Assembly (NCBI GenBank): GCA_965250195.1 | Contig: OZ252295.1 | Span: forward strand, 1,818,887-1,882,886 | Direction: 5' to 3' | Origin: Dehalococcoidia bacterium | Lineage (GTDB): Bacteria > Chloroflexota > Dehalococcoidia > Lucifugimonadales > UBA2962 | DNA length: 64,000 nucleotides | Shown: piece by piece, positions 55,243 to 64,000 of the stretch | How positions within the stretch are numbered: the stretch's first letter is position 1 | How the letters are laid out: the number at the start of each line of letters is the position of its first letter | The notes under the pieces: model-generated | What the model was told of the DNA's origin: nothing | What the model saw: the letters and a program-made list of their open reading frames with translations, nothing else | Database searches by the model: none | Position numbers and translations under genes: made by a program

Positions 55243-55731
55243 TTAAAGCGCCTGCTCGAACCAGAGTTGGCGGCCGCCGCTGATCTCAGAATCCGGTCCA
55301 CCCGAGTTCACGAACCCCAGCCGCTCATAGAGGGCGATGGCGCGCACGTTGCGCTCGCTCGTATCCAGCGTAATCATGCTGCATCCCCGGTCTCGTGCTC
55401 TGCCCATTGCCGTCTCCACCAGTTGCTTGCCGAGCCCCACCCCTCGGCTATGTTCGGTCACGAACACCGTCTCGATATACGCATCGCCGCCGTCCGTCCA
55501 GATAGTCCGGCGATAGCGCTGCTGCAAAAAGCCCGCGCAGTGCCCGTCAGCGTTCAACGCCACCAGGAACTCCGTGTCCGTGTCATCGAGCAGCGGCAAA
55601 ATGCGCTCGGCCAGTTCGGACTCTGTCGGATGCTCGCGGCCCTCAAGTCGGCGAAACCCGTCCGCCATCTCGGCAATGCAAGCCACGTCGTCCCGCCCAC
55701 CCACTCGGACCTCAAAATCGCCGTTAGGCAT
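55243..55731 (-). CDS. GNAT-family N-acetyltransferase, tandem paralog
   Basis: 162 aa. SRGVGLGKQLV motif. Confidence 0.85.
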   Translation of the reverse strand: MPNGDFEVRVGGRDDVACIAEMADGFRRLEGREHPTESELAERILPLLDDTDTEFLVALNADGHCAGFLQQRYRRTIWTDGGDAYIETVFVTEHSRGVGLGKQLVETAMGRARDRGCSMITLDTSERNVRAIALYERLGFVNSGGPDSEISGGRQLWFEQAL

Positions 55732-55839
55732 GTCTGTATAATAGCCGTTCTGGCGCGCCGTCTAGGCGCTGCCGTACGCGCCGCCTGGGCGGCGGAAAAC
55801 CCGTCATGAGCCGCCGAGGCGGCAGAGACACTGGGGGAG

Positions 55840-56214
55840 GTGGGATTATTGGAGGCGCTTGGAACGCACCTGCTTTTGGAGCTTGAGGCCTGCCGCCCCG
55901 AGCTACTCGACGACCTGGACTACATCAGAGACTCCATGGTCTCCGCCGCGTCTGAGACCGGCGCCACCATCGTTGGGCAGACCTTCCACAAATTCTCCCC
56001 CACTGGCGTTACCGGCGTCGTCGCCATCGCCGAGTCCCACCTGTGCATCCACACCTGGCCCGAGCGCCGATACGCAGCCGCCGACATCTTCACCTGCGGC
56101 ACGGGCTTCGACCCCAACGGCGCCGCCGAACTGATCATCGAAAAGCTAGGTTGCGAGCGCCCCACCATTCGCGAAGTCAGCCGCGGCCCCATCGCCGCTC
56201 CAACGCTGTCCTAG
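55840..56214 (+). CDS. speH: S-adenosylmethionine decarboxylase proenzyme (small bacterial/archaeal type)
   Basis: 124 aa. VAIAESHLCIHTWPE self-cleavage (E-S) motif. The start could instead be the in-frame TTG 55849. Confidence 0.85.
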   Translation: MGLLEALGTHLLLELEACRPELLDDLDYIRDSMVSAASETGATIVGQTFHKFSPTGVTGVVAIAESHLCIHTWPERRYAAADIFTCGTGFDPNGAAELIIEKLGCERPTIREVSRGPIAAPTLS

Positions 56215-56219
56215 CCCAA

Positions 56220-57149
56220 ATGGACACTCCGCCGATCAAGCCGGGCGAGCGGTGGCACTTCGAATACATCACCCCCGTCCTCGTCCAGGGTGAGCGCGTC
56301 GACCGCGTCATCGCTGAGGGCCGGTCCAAGTACCAGCACTACCTCATCCACGACACCGCCCTGTTCGGCCGCACCCTCGTCCTCGACGACAAGACCCAGT
56401 CCACCGCGTTGGACGAATTCGTCTACCACGAGGCCATGGTGCAACCGGCGATGGTCGCGCACGAGAGCCCGCGCTCCGTCTTCATAGCTGGGGGAGGGGA
56501 GGGTGCCACGGCACGTGAGGTGCTCGCGCATCGCTCCGTGGACCGCGTCGTCATGGTCGACATCGACCGCGAGGTCGTTGAGCTATGCAAGGCGCACCTG
56601 CCGGACCATCACAAAGGCGCATTCGATGACCCCCGTCTCGACGTGGTCTTCGAGGACGCCTTCGCGTATCTGGAGTCCCGGACCGAAAAGTTCGACATCG
56701 CCATCATCGACGTTCCCGACCCCCTCGAAGAGGGCCCTGCTTATTTGCTCTTTACGAGAGAGTTCTACGAACTGCTGGCCCGGCGCATGAACCCTGGCGG
56801 CATCGTCGTCGCCCAGTCCGGCCCCACCGGCGCGGCCTTCGTAGAGCAGTGCTTCTCCGCCGTCGCCAACACCATGTCGCTGGTATTTCCGGCGACATAC
56901 GGCTCCGAGGCATTCGTGCCCGCCTTCGGCACATCTTGGGGTTTTATGGTCGCCAGCCTCGGTCCCGACCCGACCGCCCTCTCGGCGAACGAAATCGACG
57001 GCCGCATCGCCGAGCGCGTGACGGCAGACCTGCGCTACTACGACGGGGAAACCCACACCGGCATGTTCGCCCTGCCCAAGTACCTGCGCGCCGCCATGAC
57101 CGCCGAGCAGCGCGTCATAAAGCGGGACACGCCCCTCTACGTGCCGTAA
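56220..57149 (+). CDS. speE: spermidine synthase
   Basis: Start at ATG 56220 (MDTPPIKPGERWHFE...). GGGEGATAREVL and DVPDP motifs. The ORF-track start 56043 overlaps speH. Confidence 0.9.
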   Translation: MDTPPIKPGERWHFEYITPVLVQGERVDRVIAEGRSKYQHYLIHDTALFGRTLVLDDKTQSTALDEFVYHEAMVQPAMVAHESPRSVFIAGGGEGATAREVLAHRSVDRVVMVDIDREVVELCKAHLPDHHKGAFDDPRLDVVFEDAFAYLESRTEKFDIAIIDVPDPLEEGPAYLLFTREFYELLARRMNPGGIVVAQSGPTGAAFVEQCFSAVANTMSLVFPATYGSEAFVPAFGTSWGFMVASLGPDPTALSANEIDGRIAERVTADLRYYDGETHTGMFALPKYLRAAMTAEQRVIKRDTPLYVP

Positions 57150-57287
57150 CCGGCACGCCTCTCGTTATCAGGGGAGGGCTCCTGAAACCCCCGGCCCTGG
57201 CGCCGGACCTCCCGTCCACCTACGACAGGGGATATCATCTGCCTGTAAGCGCCGGAGTCGCTCGGCTTAACGGGAAGGAATCGCGAA

Positions 57288-57962
57288 ATGCTGATAGTCA
57301 CGCAAGGCTGGAAAGACAGGTTCCCCGGCGCCGTCGTCGGCGTGCTGGCCATGACCGGCGTCGCCAACCCCAAGTCCCACGCCGGGCTCGACGCCCGCAA
57401 GCGCGAAATCGAACAGTCCATCCGGTCCCGGTACGCTGGCATGGAGCGCGCCGAGCTGCGGGAGCTGGAGCGCATGGGCGTCTACGCGGCGTACTACAAG
57501 AAGCACAAAAAGAGCTACCACGTCCTGCTTCAGGTCGAGTCCGTGCTCAAGGGCAAGCCCATCCCCAGCATCTCGGGCCTCGTCGAGGCCAACTTCATGG
57601 CAGAGCTAAAAAACCAGCTCCTAACCGCCGCCCACGACGCCGACTCCCTCCAGCGGCCCATAACCCTGGACGTATCGGCCGGCACCGAAGAGTTCATGCA
57701 AATGACGGGCAACCGGCAGGTCCTCAAAGAGGGCGACATGGTCATCAGCGACGGCGACGGCGTCATGTCCTGCATCATCTACGGCCCGGATAGGCGCACC
57801 AAGATCACCCCCGAAACCAGCAGCGCCGTGTACACGACCTACGCCCCGGCGGGCATCGGTGAGGCCGCCGTGCGCGACCACCTCGGCGACATCAGAGACA
57901 ACGTCCTGCTGTTCGCACCCGACGCCGAGGTGCAGCACCTCGACACCTACGAGGCGGGCTAA
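57288..57962 (+). CDS. B3/B4 (PheRS-beta-like) tRNA-binding domain protein
   Basis: 224 aa. Pattern resembles stand-alone B3/4 domain proteins. Family assigned from memory only. Confidence 0.65.
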   Translation: MLIVTQGWKDRFPGAVVGVLAMTGVANPKSHAGLDARKREIEQSIRSRYAGMERAELRELERMGVYAAYYKKHKKSYHVLLQVESVLKGKPIPSISGLVEANFMAELKNQLLTAAHDADSLQRPITLDVSAGTEEFMQMTGNRQVLKEGDMVISDGDGVMSCIIYGPDRRTKITPETSSAVYTTYAPAGIGEAAVRDHLGDIRDNVLLFAPDAEVQHLDTYEAG

Positions 57963-58211
57963 ACCAGCCCAACGTACAGGGGCCCTGCCCAGGTAACTCG
58001 GAGCCGCGGTGAACGCGGGGCACCGCATCACATCACCCGCGACACGCCGCTTTACGTCCCCTGACTCCCGCTCGTTCCCCTGCGACCTGCTACGATGGAA
58101 GTACCTTCTCGTATCGCGGGTCATCTACTGACCTCACCCGTCTTTCGTTTGACAGGCCTTATTCAGGCCTCCGCCACACCTTTAGGAATATTCACCGAAG
58201 GAGAATTCGGT

Positions 58212-58514
58212 ATGAGGATTTATGTTGGAAGTTTAGCGAGTAGCGTCAATGACGACGCGCTCAGGGCGGCATTCGCCGCGCATGGTGAGGTCGCATCCGC
58301 GAACGTCATCACAGACCGCGACACAGGTGCATCGCGGGGGTTCGGCTTCGTAGAGATGCGGGACGCTGAAAGTGCCAAAGCGGCTATGCAGGCGCTCGAT
58401 GGCTCCGAGCTCGGCGGCAGCTTCTTGAAGGTCAACGAGGCGCGGCCTCGCAACGAGGGCGGCGGCAACCGAGGCGGCGGCGGCGGAGGTTACGGCGGCG
58501 GCGGGCGGTACTAA
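58212..58514 (+). CDS. RRM-type RNA-binding protein with Gly-rich tail
   Basis: MRIYVGSL (RNP2), RGFGFVEM (RNP1) and a GGGNRGGGGGGYGGGGRY tail. SD aaggaga lies upstream of ATG 58212. Confidence 0.9.
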   Translation: MRIYVGSLASSVNDDALRAAFAAHGEVASANVITDRDTGASRGFGFVEMRDAESAKAAMQALDGSELGGSFLKVNEARPRNEGGGNRGGGGGGYGGGGRY

Positions 58515-58541
58515 CCACTCGTAAATCCGCAATGGATTGAA

Positions 58542-58582
58542 AGAGCCCCCGCCACAACAGGCGGGGGCTCTTTCTGTTGTTA
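58542..58582 (+). terminator. intrinsic terminator after the RRM gene
   Basis: AGAGCCCCCGCC-acaaca-GGCGGGGGCTCT followed by TTCTGTTGTT. Confidence 0.8.
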
Positions 58583-58598
58583 TAATGGCCCGTGCCCC

Positions 58599-60950
58599 AT
58601 GCAAACTGACGTTCTAACCATGCTCAACGACCGCCAGCGCCAGGCCGTACAGCACGTCGAGGGGCCGCTGCTCATCGTCGCCGGACCCGGCTCCGGCAAG
58701 ACTCGGGTCATCACCCACCGCATCGCTTACCTCATTAACACCTGCGGGGTGAGCCCGTACCGCATTGCCGCGGTTACATTTACAAACAAGGCAGCGAGAG
58801 AAATGCGCGAGCGGCTCGACGAGTTGCTTGGCCCGAGAGGCAAGGGTCTGACGGCGTCTACCTTTCACTCTTTCTGCGCCATGATCCTGCGCCGAGAGGG
58901 CGAGCACATCGGCCTCGACCGGGACTACGCCATCTACGACGACGCCGACACGGTGGCGCTGCTCAAGCGGGCCATGAAAGAGGTCGAAGTGGACCCCAAG
59001 CAGTGGGGCGTGCGGGCCATCCAGTCCTCCATCTCCGGGGCCAAGAGCCAGCTAATGGGCGCGGCCGAGTTCGGCAAAAACAAGGACAGCTATTTTGACG
59101 AAATAGTCTTTCGGGTCTTCGAGCGCTACGAGGCGCTGCTAACCCAGTCCACCGCCGTCGATTTTGACGATATTTTGCTAAAGTCTCATCGTCTGCTAAC
59201 GCAAGTGCCGGATATTGCCGACAAGTATCAGCAGCGCTTCGTCCACTTCATGGTCGACGAATTCCAGGACACCAACATCGCCCAGTACGCCATCGCCCGC
59301 AAGATGGCTGGCGTCTACAACAACCTGTGCGTAGTCGGCGACCCCGACCAGAGCATCTACTCGTGGCGCAACGCCGACCTGCGCAACATCCTCAGCTTCA
59401 AGCGCGATTTTTCGAACTCTACCGAAATCGCTTTGGAGCAGAACTACCGCTCCACAAAAACAATTCTTGAAGCCGCTCAGAAGGTCATCAAGCCCAACGA
59501 GCAGCGCGTAGAAAAAGAGCTGTGGACAGAGAACGGCGACGGAGTCCCCATAGTCATCGCCGAGGGGTACGACGAGCAGGAAGAGGCGCAAAAAGTCCTC
59601 AAAGAGGTCCAGGTCCTCACCAGGTCTGAGGGCTACAGGCCGGGGGACATCGCCGTCATGTTCCGGGTCAATGCCCAGTCCCGCGCGTTAGAAGAGGGCT
59701 GCCTGCGCTACGGCATCCCATACCAGCTCATCGGGGGACTGCGCTTCTACCAGCGCCAGGAAATCAAAGACGTCGTCGCCTACCTGCGCCTGCTCGCCAA
59801 CCCGCACGACGACGTCAGTCTGACGCGGGTCATCAACGTGCCCAACCGGGGCATCGGCCAGCGCACACTCGATGAACTGACCCGCATGGCTCGCGATAAC
59901 GAGACCTCCATCTGGGAGCAGATTTCGCGTCTTGGTGGCGGCAACGGCAGGTCACCGGAAACGCCCAGCGTCCCCATCGCAGCGCGGTCGGCCAATGCCC
60001 TGGTCGCGTTTAGGGAGATGATGGTCGTCGTGACGAAAGCCGCGGGAAAGCTCGACCTCGTCCAGAAGATCGACCTGGTCATGGAGCGCACCGGCTACCG
60101 CGCCTACGCAGAGGGCATGGAAAAGGGCGAAGAGCGCGGTCAGAACCTGGACGAGCTGCGAAGCACGGCCAGGGACTTTCTCCACGTAGGGACCGAGGAA
60201 CCACAAGACGGAGAGGAGGCCTTCAGCCCCCTGACAGTGTTCTTGGAAAGCGTATCCCTGGTGGCCGACACCGACTCGCTGGAGGACCGGGGCGACGCAA
60301 TCACGCTGATCACACTGCACCAGGCGAAAGGCCTCGAATTCCCCGTCGTATTCATGGTCGGCATGGAAGAGGGGTTGCTGCCGCACTCCCGCTCCCTCGA
60401 AGACGAGGACCAGATGGAGGAAGAGCGCAGGCTGTGCTACGTCGGCATGACCCGTGCCCAGCGACGCCTCTACATGCTGCGGGCCTTTCGTAGGGGCTTC
60501 CGGGGCAGCTTCGAGCCCAGCGCCCCGTCCCGATTTCTCGCCGACATCCCGCAAAAACTAATCGTCGCCCAGGGCACGGGTGCGAAAGTCAGAAACCTGC
60601 CTGGCAAGCCGGACAGGGTAGGGCGCGACTCGCGCCCGAGAACCGTCGTCGTCACCCGGCCAGAAGAGCGCATCGAGCGCGGCCCGAGCCGTCGGCGAGT
60701 AGACGCCACCAACGGCGGCCCCCGCACGGCCCGGCCAGATAGTGGCACGGGGCGCCGCACGCAGCCGTTGGCGTCAGGTGCCGACGATCTGCGGACCGGT
60801 GACAAGGTCAAGCACGAAAAATTCGGCGAGGGCGTCGTGGTAGCTGTAAAGGCCACCCCCTCCGACATCGAAGTCACCGTAGCCTTCAAAGACGGCGGCG
60901 GCATCAAGCGCCTGCTAATGAGCTTCGCCCCCCTGGAAAAAGTCGGTTAG
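58599..60950 (+). CDS. pcrA: ATP-dependent DNA helicase PcrA/UvrD (SF1)
   Basis: 783 aa. AGPGSGKT Walker A, DEFQDTN motif II, and a C-terminal Tudor-like KFGEGVVV tail. Confidence 0.9.
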   Translation: MQTDVLTMLNDRQRQAVQHVEGPLLIVAGPGSGKTRVITHRIAYLINTCGVSPYRIAAVTFTNKAAREMRERLDELLGPRGKGLTASTFHSFCAMILRREGEHIGLDRDYAIYDDADTVALLKRAMKEVEVDPKQWGVRAIQSSISGAKSQLMGAAEFGKNKDSYFDEIVFRVFERYEALLTQSTAVDFDDILLKSHRLLTQVPDIADKYQQRFVHFMVDEFQDTNIAQYAIARKMAGVYNNLCVVGDPDQSIYSWRNADLRNILSFKRDFSNSTEIALEQNYRSTKTILEAAQKVIKPNEQRVEKELWTENGDGVPIVIAEGYDEQEEAQKVLKEVQVLTRSEGYRPGDIAVMFRVNAQSRALEEGCLRYGIPYQLIGGLRFYQRQEIKDVVAYLRLLANPHDDVSLTRVINVPNRGIGQRTLDELTRMARDNETSIWEQISRLGGGNGRSPETPSVPIAARSANALVAFREMMVVVTKAAGKLDLVQKIDLVMERTGYRAYAEGMEKGEERGQNLDELRSTARDFLHVGTEEPQDGEEAFSPLTVFLESVSLVADTDSLEDRGDAITLITLHQAKGLEFPVVFMVGMEEGLLPHSRSLEDEDQMEEERRLCYVGMTRAQRRLYMLRAFRRGFRGSFEPSAPSRFLADIPQKLIVAQGTGAKVRNLPGKPDRVGRDSRPRTVVVTRPEERIERGPSRRRVDATNGGPRTARPDSGTGRRTQPLASGADDLRTGDKVKHEKFGEGVVVAVKATPSDIEVTVAFKDGGGIKRLLMSFAPLEKVG

Positions 60951-61023
60951 CCGGGCCGCCCCCGGCATCCGGCCCTACTGGTCCGGGACTCGGTCCCCAG
61001 TTTAACCACGGGGCTATACTCAA

Positions 61024-61036
61024 TACCTGACAGGTA
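61024..61036. promoter_or_regulatory. 13-bp perfect palindrome between a -10-like TATACT and the copA start (metal-regulator operator candidate)
   Basis: TACCTG-A-CAGGTA at 61024-61036. TATACT at 61015-61020. ATG at 61042. Confidence 0.35.
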
Positions 61037-61041
61037 GCGCG

Positions 61042-63342
61042 ATGACCTCCACCACGCATACACCCACAGCGCCGGACGCCCAGTCCTCCCCTGGTGAGGG
61101 CGTTACGGACACCGTCCACCTCAGCGTGGGCGGCATGACATGCGCCTCCTGCGTTTACCACATCGAGGGCGCCCTCAGCGGCGTGCCCGGCGTCACGTCC
61201 GCCTCCGTCAACCTGGCCACCGAGTGCGCCACCGTCGCGTACCAGACCGGCGCCACCGGGTTAACGGAAATGCGCCGTGCGGTAGAGGGCGCGGGGTACC
61301 GACTCCTCGGCGTATCGACCGACGGCATGGACGACCCCGGCGGCGAGCGCGAGCTGGCCGTGCTCGTCTACAAAGTGGGGCTCAGCATCGTGACATCGGT
61401 GCTGATAATGGTGTTGATGTTCGTGCCCTGGTTCATGGACAACGCCGGGTTCCGGCTGGAGATCCTGTTCCTCGCGTTGGCGACTCCCGTCCAGTTCTGG
61501 GCCGGGCGTCACTTCTACCGCTCCGCTTTCGGCGCCTTACGGCACCGGACCAGCAACATGAACACCCTCATCGTCGTCGGCACCTCGGTGGCGTACTTCT
61601 ACAGCCTCGCTGTCACAGTGGCACCGGAAGGCGTGGCCATTCGCTCGGTGTCCACCGACACCTACTTCGACGCCTCCACAGCCATCATTGGATTGGTGTT
61701 ATTGGGCAAGCTTTTGGAGGCCCGGGCCAAGCGCCGAGCCACAAGCTCTCTTCGTGCGCTCATCGGCCTGCAACCGAAAGAGGCCCGTGTTGATCGGAGC
61801 GGCGTTTCGATGACCATACCGGTGGACGAACTGACCCTTGGCGACGTGCTCGTAATACGACCGGGCGAAAAAATCCCCACCGATGGCTCCGTCCTATCCG
61901 GGTCCTCGGCCATCGACGAGTCCATGCTCACCGGCGAGCCTCTCCCGGTGACGAAGATCGAGGGCGACGAGGTCTATGGCGGAACCATCAACGGCACCGG
62001 TGCGCTGCGCGTCACCGTCACCCAAACAGGGAAGGGGACCGTCCTCGCTCGCATAGTGCAAATGGTCGAGCGCGCCCAGGGCAGCAAGGCCCCGGTGCAG
62101 CGCCTCGTTGACCGCGTCGCCGCCTACTTCGTGCCCATCGTGCTGGTCATCGCAGCAGCAGCGTTCGTGGCCTGGTACTTCGCTGCACCGGAGCCCGCGT
62201 ACGCCGTCGCCACGCTCGTCGCCGTCTCGGTCCTGGTCATCGCGTGTCCGTGTGCACTCGGCCTGGCCACTCCCACTGCCATAACAGTCGGCACCGGTGT
62301 GGGAGCCGAAATGGGGATGCTGGTGCGCGACGCCGAGTCGCTGGAGCGCCTGCACACCGTCGATACCGTGGTGCTCGACAAGACCGGCACCATAACTCGG
62401 GGTCATCCCGAGATTTCGCGCATAACCGTTGTACAGGGCTTAGAGAGTGACCTGCTGGCACTGGCCGCATCGGCCGAGGCGCTCTCCGAGCACCCTCTCA
62501 GCGTGGCCGTCGTGTCGGCGGCGAAAACCCGGGGCCTGTCACTGCAAGACGCTGGCGACTTCGAGGCCGTACCCGGCATGGGAGTGCGCGCGACCGTCTC
62601 CGGCAGCGCCGTCCTCATAGGCAACCGCGCCCTGCTCGACGCCGCCGACATCGCCCTCCCGTCCGGGCTGGACGGCCCGCGCCCCGGCGAGACAGCCGTG
62701 TACGTCGCCGCCGACGGGCAGGTAATCGGCACGATCGCCATAGCGGACAAGATTCGAAATAACTCGGCCGCAGCCATCGATTCTCTACGCGCCCAGGGTC
62801 TGGAAGTGGTCATGCTCACCGGCGACGGCGAGGCGGCGGCTGGCGAAATCGCCCGGCAGGTGGGCATTTCGCGCGTCATCGCCGACGTGCGGCCCGACGG
62901 CAAGGCGGCGGCGGTTGCCCGAATGCAGGCCGAGGGTAGGCGAGTGGCCATGGTCGGTGACGGCATCAACGACGCCCCGGCGCTGGCCCAGGCCGACGTC
63001 GGCATCGCCATCGGCTCCGGCACCGACGTGGCGTTGGAGACCGCTGGGGTCACACTCGTACGTGGAGAACTGGAGGGTGTCTCGGCGGCCTTAGCGCTAA
63101 GCAAGGCCACAATGCGCACCGTGCGGCAGAATCTGTACTGGGCGTTCGGCTATAACGTGCTTTTGATACCGGTGGCTGCGGGCGTCCTCTACGCCGCCTT
63201 TAGCGACGGCGTGCCGACCGGCCTGCACTGGGCGCTGGGCGACGAAGGCTTTCTAAACCCCATCCTCGCCGCCGGAGCAATGGCCATCAGCTCCGTCACC
63301 GTCGTGACAAACTCAATACGCTTGAAAGGTTTCAAACAATGA
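61042..63342 (+). CDS. copA: copper-translocating P1B-type ATPase
   Basis: 766 aa. GMTCASC HMA domain, [15 protein letters not shown] and GDGINDAP motifs. Confidence 0.9.
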   Translation: MTSTTHTPTAPDAQSSPGEGVTDTVHLSVGGMTCASCVYHIEGALSGVPGVTSASVNLATECATVAYQTGATGLTEMRRAVEGAGYRLLGVSTDGMDDPGGERELAVLVYKVGLSIVTSVLIMVLMFVPWFMDNAGFRLEILFLALATPVQFWAGRHFYRSAFGALRHRTSNMNTLIVVGTSVAYFYSLAVTVAPEGVAIRSVSTDTYFDASTAIIGLVLLGKLLEARAKRRATSSLRALIGLQPKEARVDRSGVSMTIPVDELTLGDVLVIRPGEKIPTDGSVLSGSSAIDESMLTGEPLPVTKIEGDEVYGGTINGTGALRVTVTQTGKGTVLARIVQMVERAQGSKAPVQRLVDRVAAYFVPIVLVIAAAAFVAWYFAAPEPAYAVATLVAVSVLVIACPCALGLATPTAITVGTGVGAEMGMLVRDAESLERLHTVDTVVLDKTGTITRGHPEISRITVVQGLESDLLALAASAEALSEHPLSVAVVSAAKTRGLSLQDAGDFEAVPGMGVRATVSGSAVLIGNRALLDAADIALPSGLDGPRPGETAVYVAADGQVIGTIAIADKIRNNSAAAIDSLRAQGLEVVMLTGDGEAAAGEIARQVGISRVIADVRPDGKAAAVARMQAEGRRVAMVGDGINDAPALAQADVGIAIGSGTDVALETAGVTLVRGELEGVSAALALSKATMRTVRQNLYWAFGYNVLLIPVAAGVLYAAFSDGVPTGLHWALGDEGFLNPILAAGAMAISSVTVVTNSIRLKGFKQ

Positions 63343-63539
63343 GAATTCCGCTATTTGCCAAGAAGGGCCCGACGGCGAAAGACCCCGTATGCCACATGGA
63401 CGTGAACATGGAGAAGCCCGGCGGCGGCACCTTCGACCACGAGGGCGAAAAATACTACTTCTGCGGCCCCGGCTGCAACACGGCATTCCAAAAAGACCCG
63501 GCAGCGTACCTCTCGGGCAAAAAGAGCATCGACATGTGA
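63339..63539 (+). CDS. YHS/TRASH-domain small metal-binding protein
   Basis: 66 aa. DPVCHM...YYFCGPGC motif. Start overlaps the copA stop (ATGA). Confidence 0.8.
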   Translation: MRIPLFAKKGPTAKDPVCHMDVNMEKPGGGTFDHEGEKYYFCGPGCNTAFQKDPAAYLSGKKSIDM

Positions 63540-63573
63540 GGGCGGGTCTACTCTCCGCCAGCCTCGCGCGCCC

Positions 63574-64000
63574 CTAGTTCGCCCGCTCCTCCACGAGCCC
63601 GACCAGCACCTGTAGCCCTGCGTAGTCCACCAGCGGGTCGTCGCCCGGCTGCATCGTTGAGAGCAGCATGAAACCCCGCGGTCCGATCGTGAACGCGATC
63701 GCCGCTCCGGCGCCCTCGCCCAGGGCGTCGATGCCCGCGCTCCGGTCGCCATACTCCAGCGGGGCGGTCCCGACCGGGAACTCGGCCTCCACCGTGTCCA
63801 TCCAGTCGCTTGCGGCCTCGGCCGACACGAAGTGAATCTCCGAGTACTGCACCTGTCGGGCGGCGTCTTCGTCGTCGAACTGCACCGCTATCCACGCGAC
63901 GATGTCGTCTACCTGCGATGACGGGCTTGCCGACGCGGCGGCAAGAAAGTCCCTGGCGATCACGCTCGCGACCTCGCCGTCCGACGCGGCCTCGACGTCG
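63574..64000 (-). CDS. hypothetical protein, probably N-terminally truncated by the window edge
   Basis: The frame is open from base 64000 (DVEAASDGEVASVIARDFL...) to the stop at 63574. The ORF-track M at 63963 is internal. No family assigned. Confidence 0.5.
   Translation of the reverse strand, partial: DVEAASDGEVASVIARDFLAAASASPSSQVDDIVAWIAVQFDDEDAARQVQYSEIHFVSAEAASDWMDTVEAEFPVGTAPLEYGDRSAGIDALGEGAGAAIAFTIGPRGFMLLSTMQPGDDPLVDYAGLQVLVGLVEERAN

Overview
High-GC, gene-dense bacterial chromosomal window. It holds about 60 protein genes on both strands and 3 tRNAs. I found no rRNA, CRISPR array, transposase or phage genes. The content is mostly accessory catabolism with heavy paralogy: 5 phosphotriesterase-family (PTE/PHP) genes (3 in tandem), 3 proline-iminopeptidase-like alpha/beta hydrolases, 3 Kelch-repeat lipoproteins, 2 enolase-superfamily enzymes, 3 GNATs, 2 SnoaL-like proteins and 2 MFS transporters. 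Housekeeping genes are also present: cdd, alr, DAHP synthase, speH-speE, HU, pcrA, copA and an RRM RNA-binding protein. A split SOS mutagenesis module is present: a catalytically dead Y-family polymerase (imuB-like) behind a perfect TAGAAC-N4-GTTCTA box, with dnaE2 about 25 kb away. The Gram-positive/Chloroflexi-type SOS box, the paralog expansions and the chirality-related enzymes suggest a Chloroflexota (SAR202-like) marine lineage, but that is inference only. The most unusual signal is a roughly 60-nt conserved leader element present in at least 5 copies. Two copies share an identical 38-mer, and four of the five sit immediately 5' of unrelated genes in the sense orientation and end in the Shine-Dalgarno sequence. 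Some copies carry short uORFs whose stop overlaps the downstream start (GTGA). Other notable items: a tandemly duplicated leader hairpin with a compensatory base-pair swap, a putative terminator/antiterminator leader in front of DAHP synthase, a G-run frameshift in a lipoprotein gene, a low-GC orphan intergenic island and a G13 homopolymer. Many long ORF-track entries are antisense or high-GC artefacts. Several ORF-track starts were trimmed to internal starts with better SD sequences and homolog-like N-termini.
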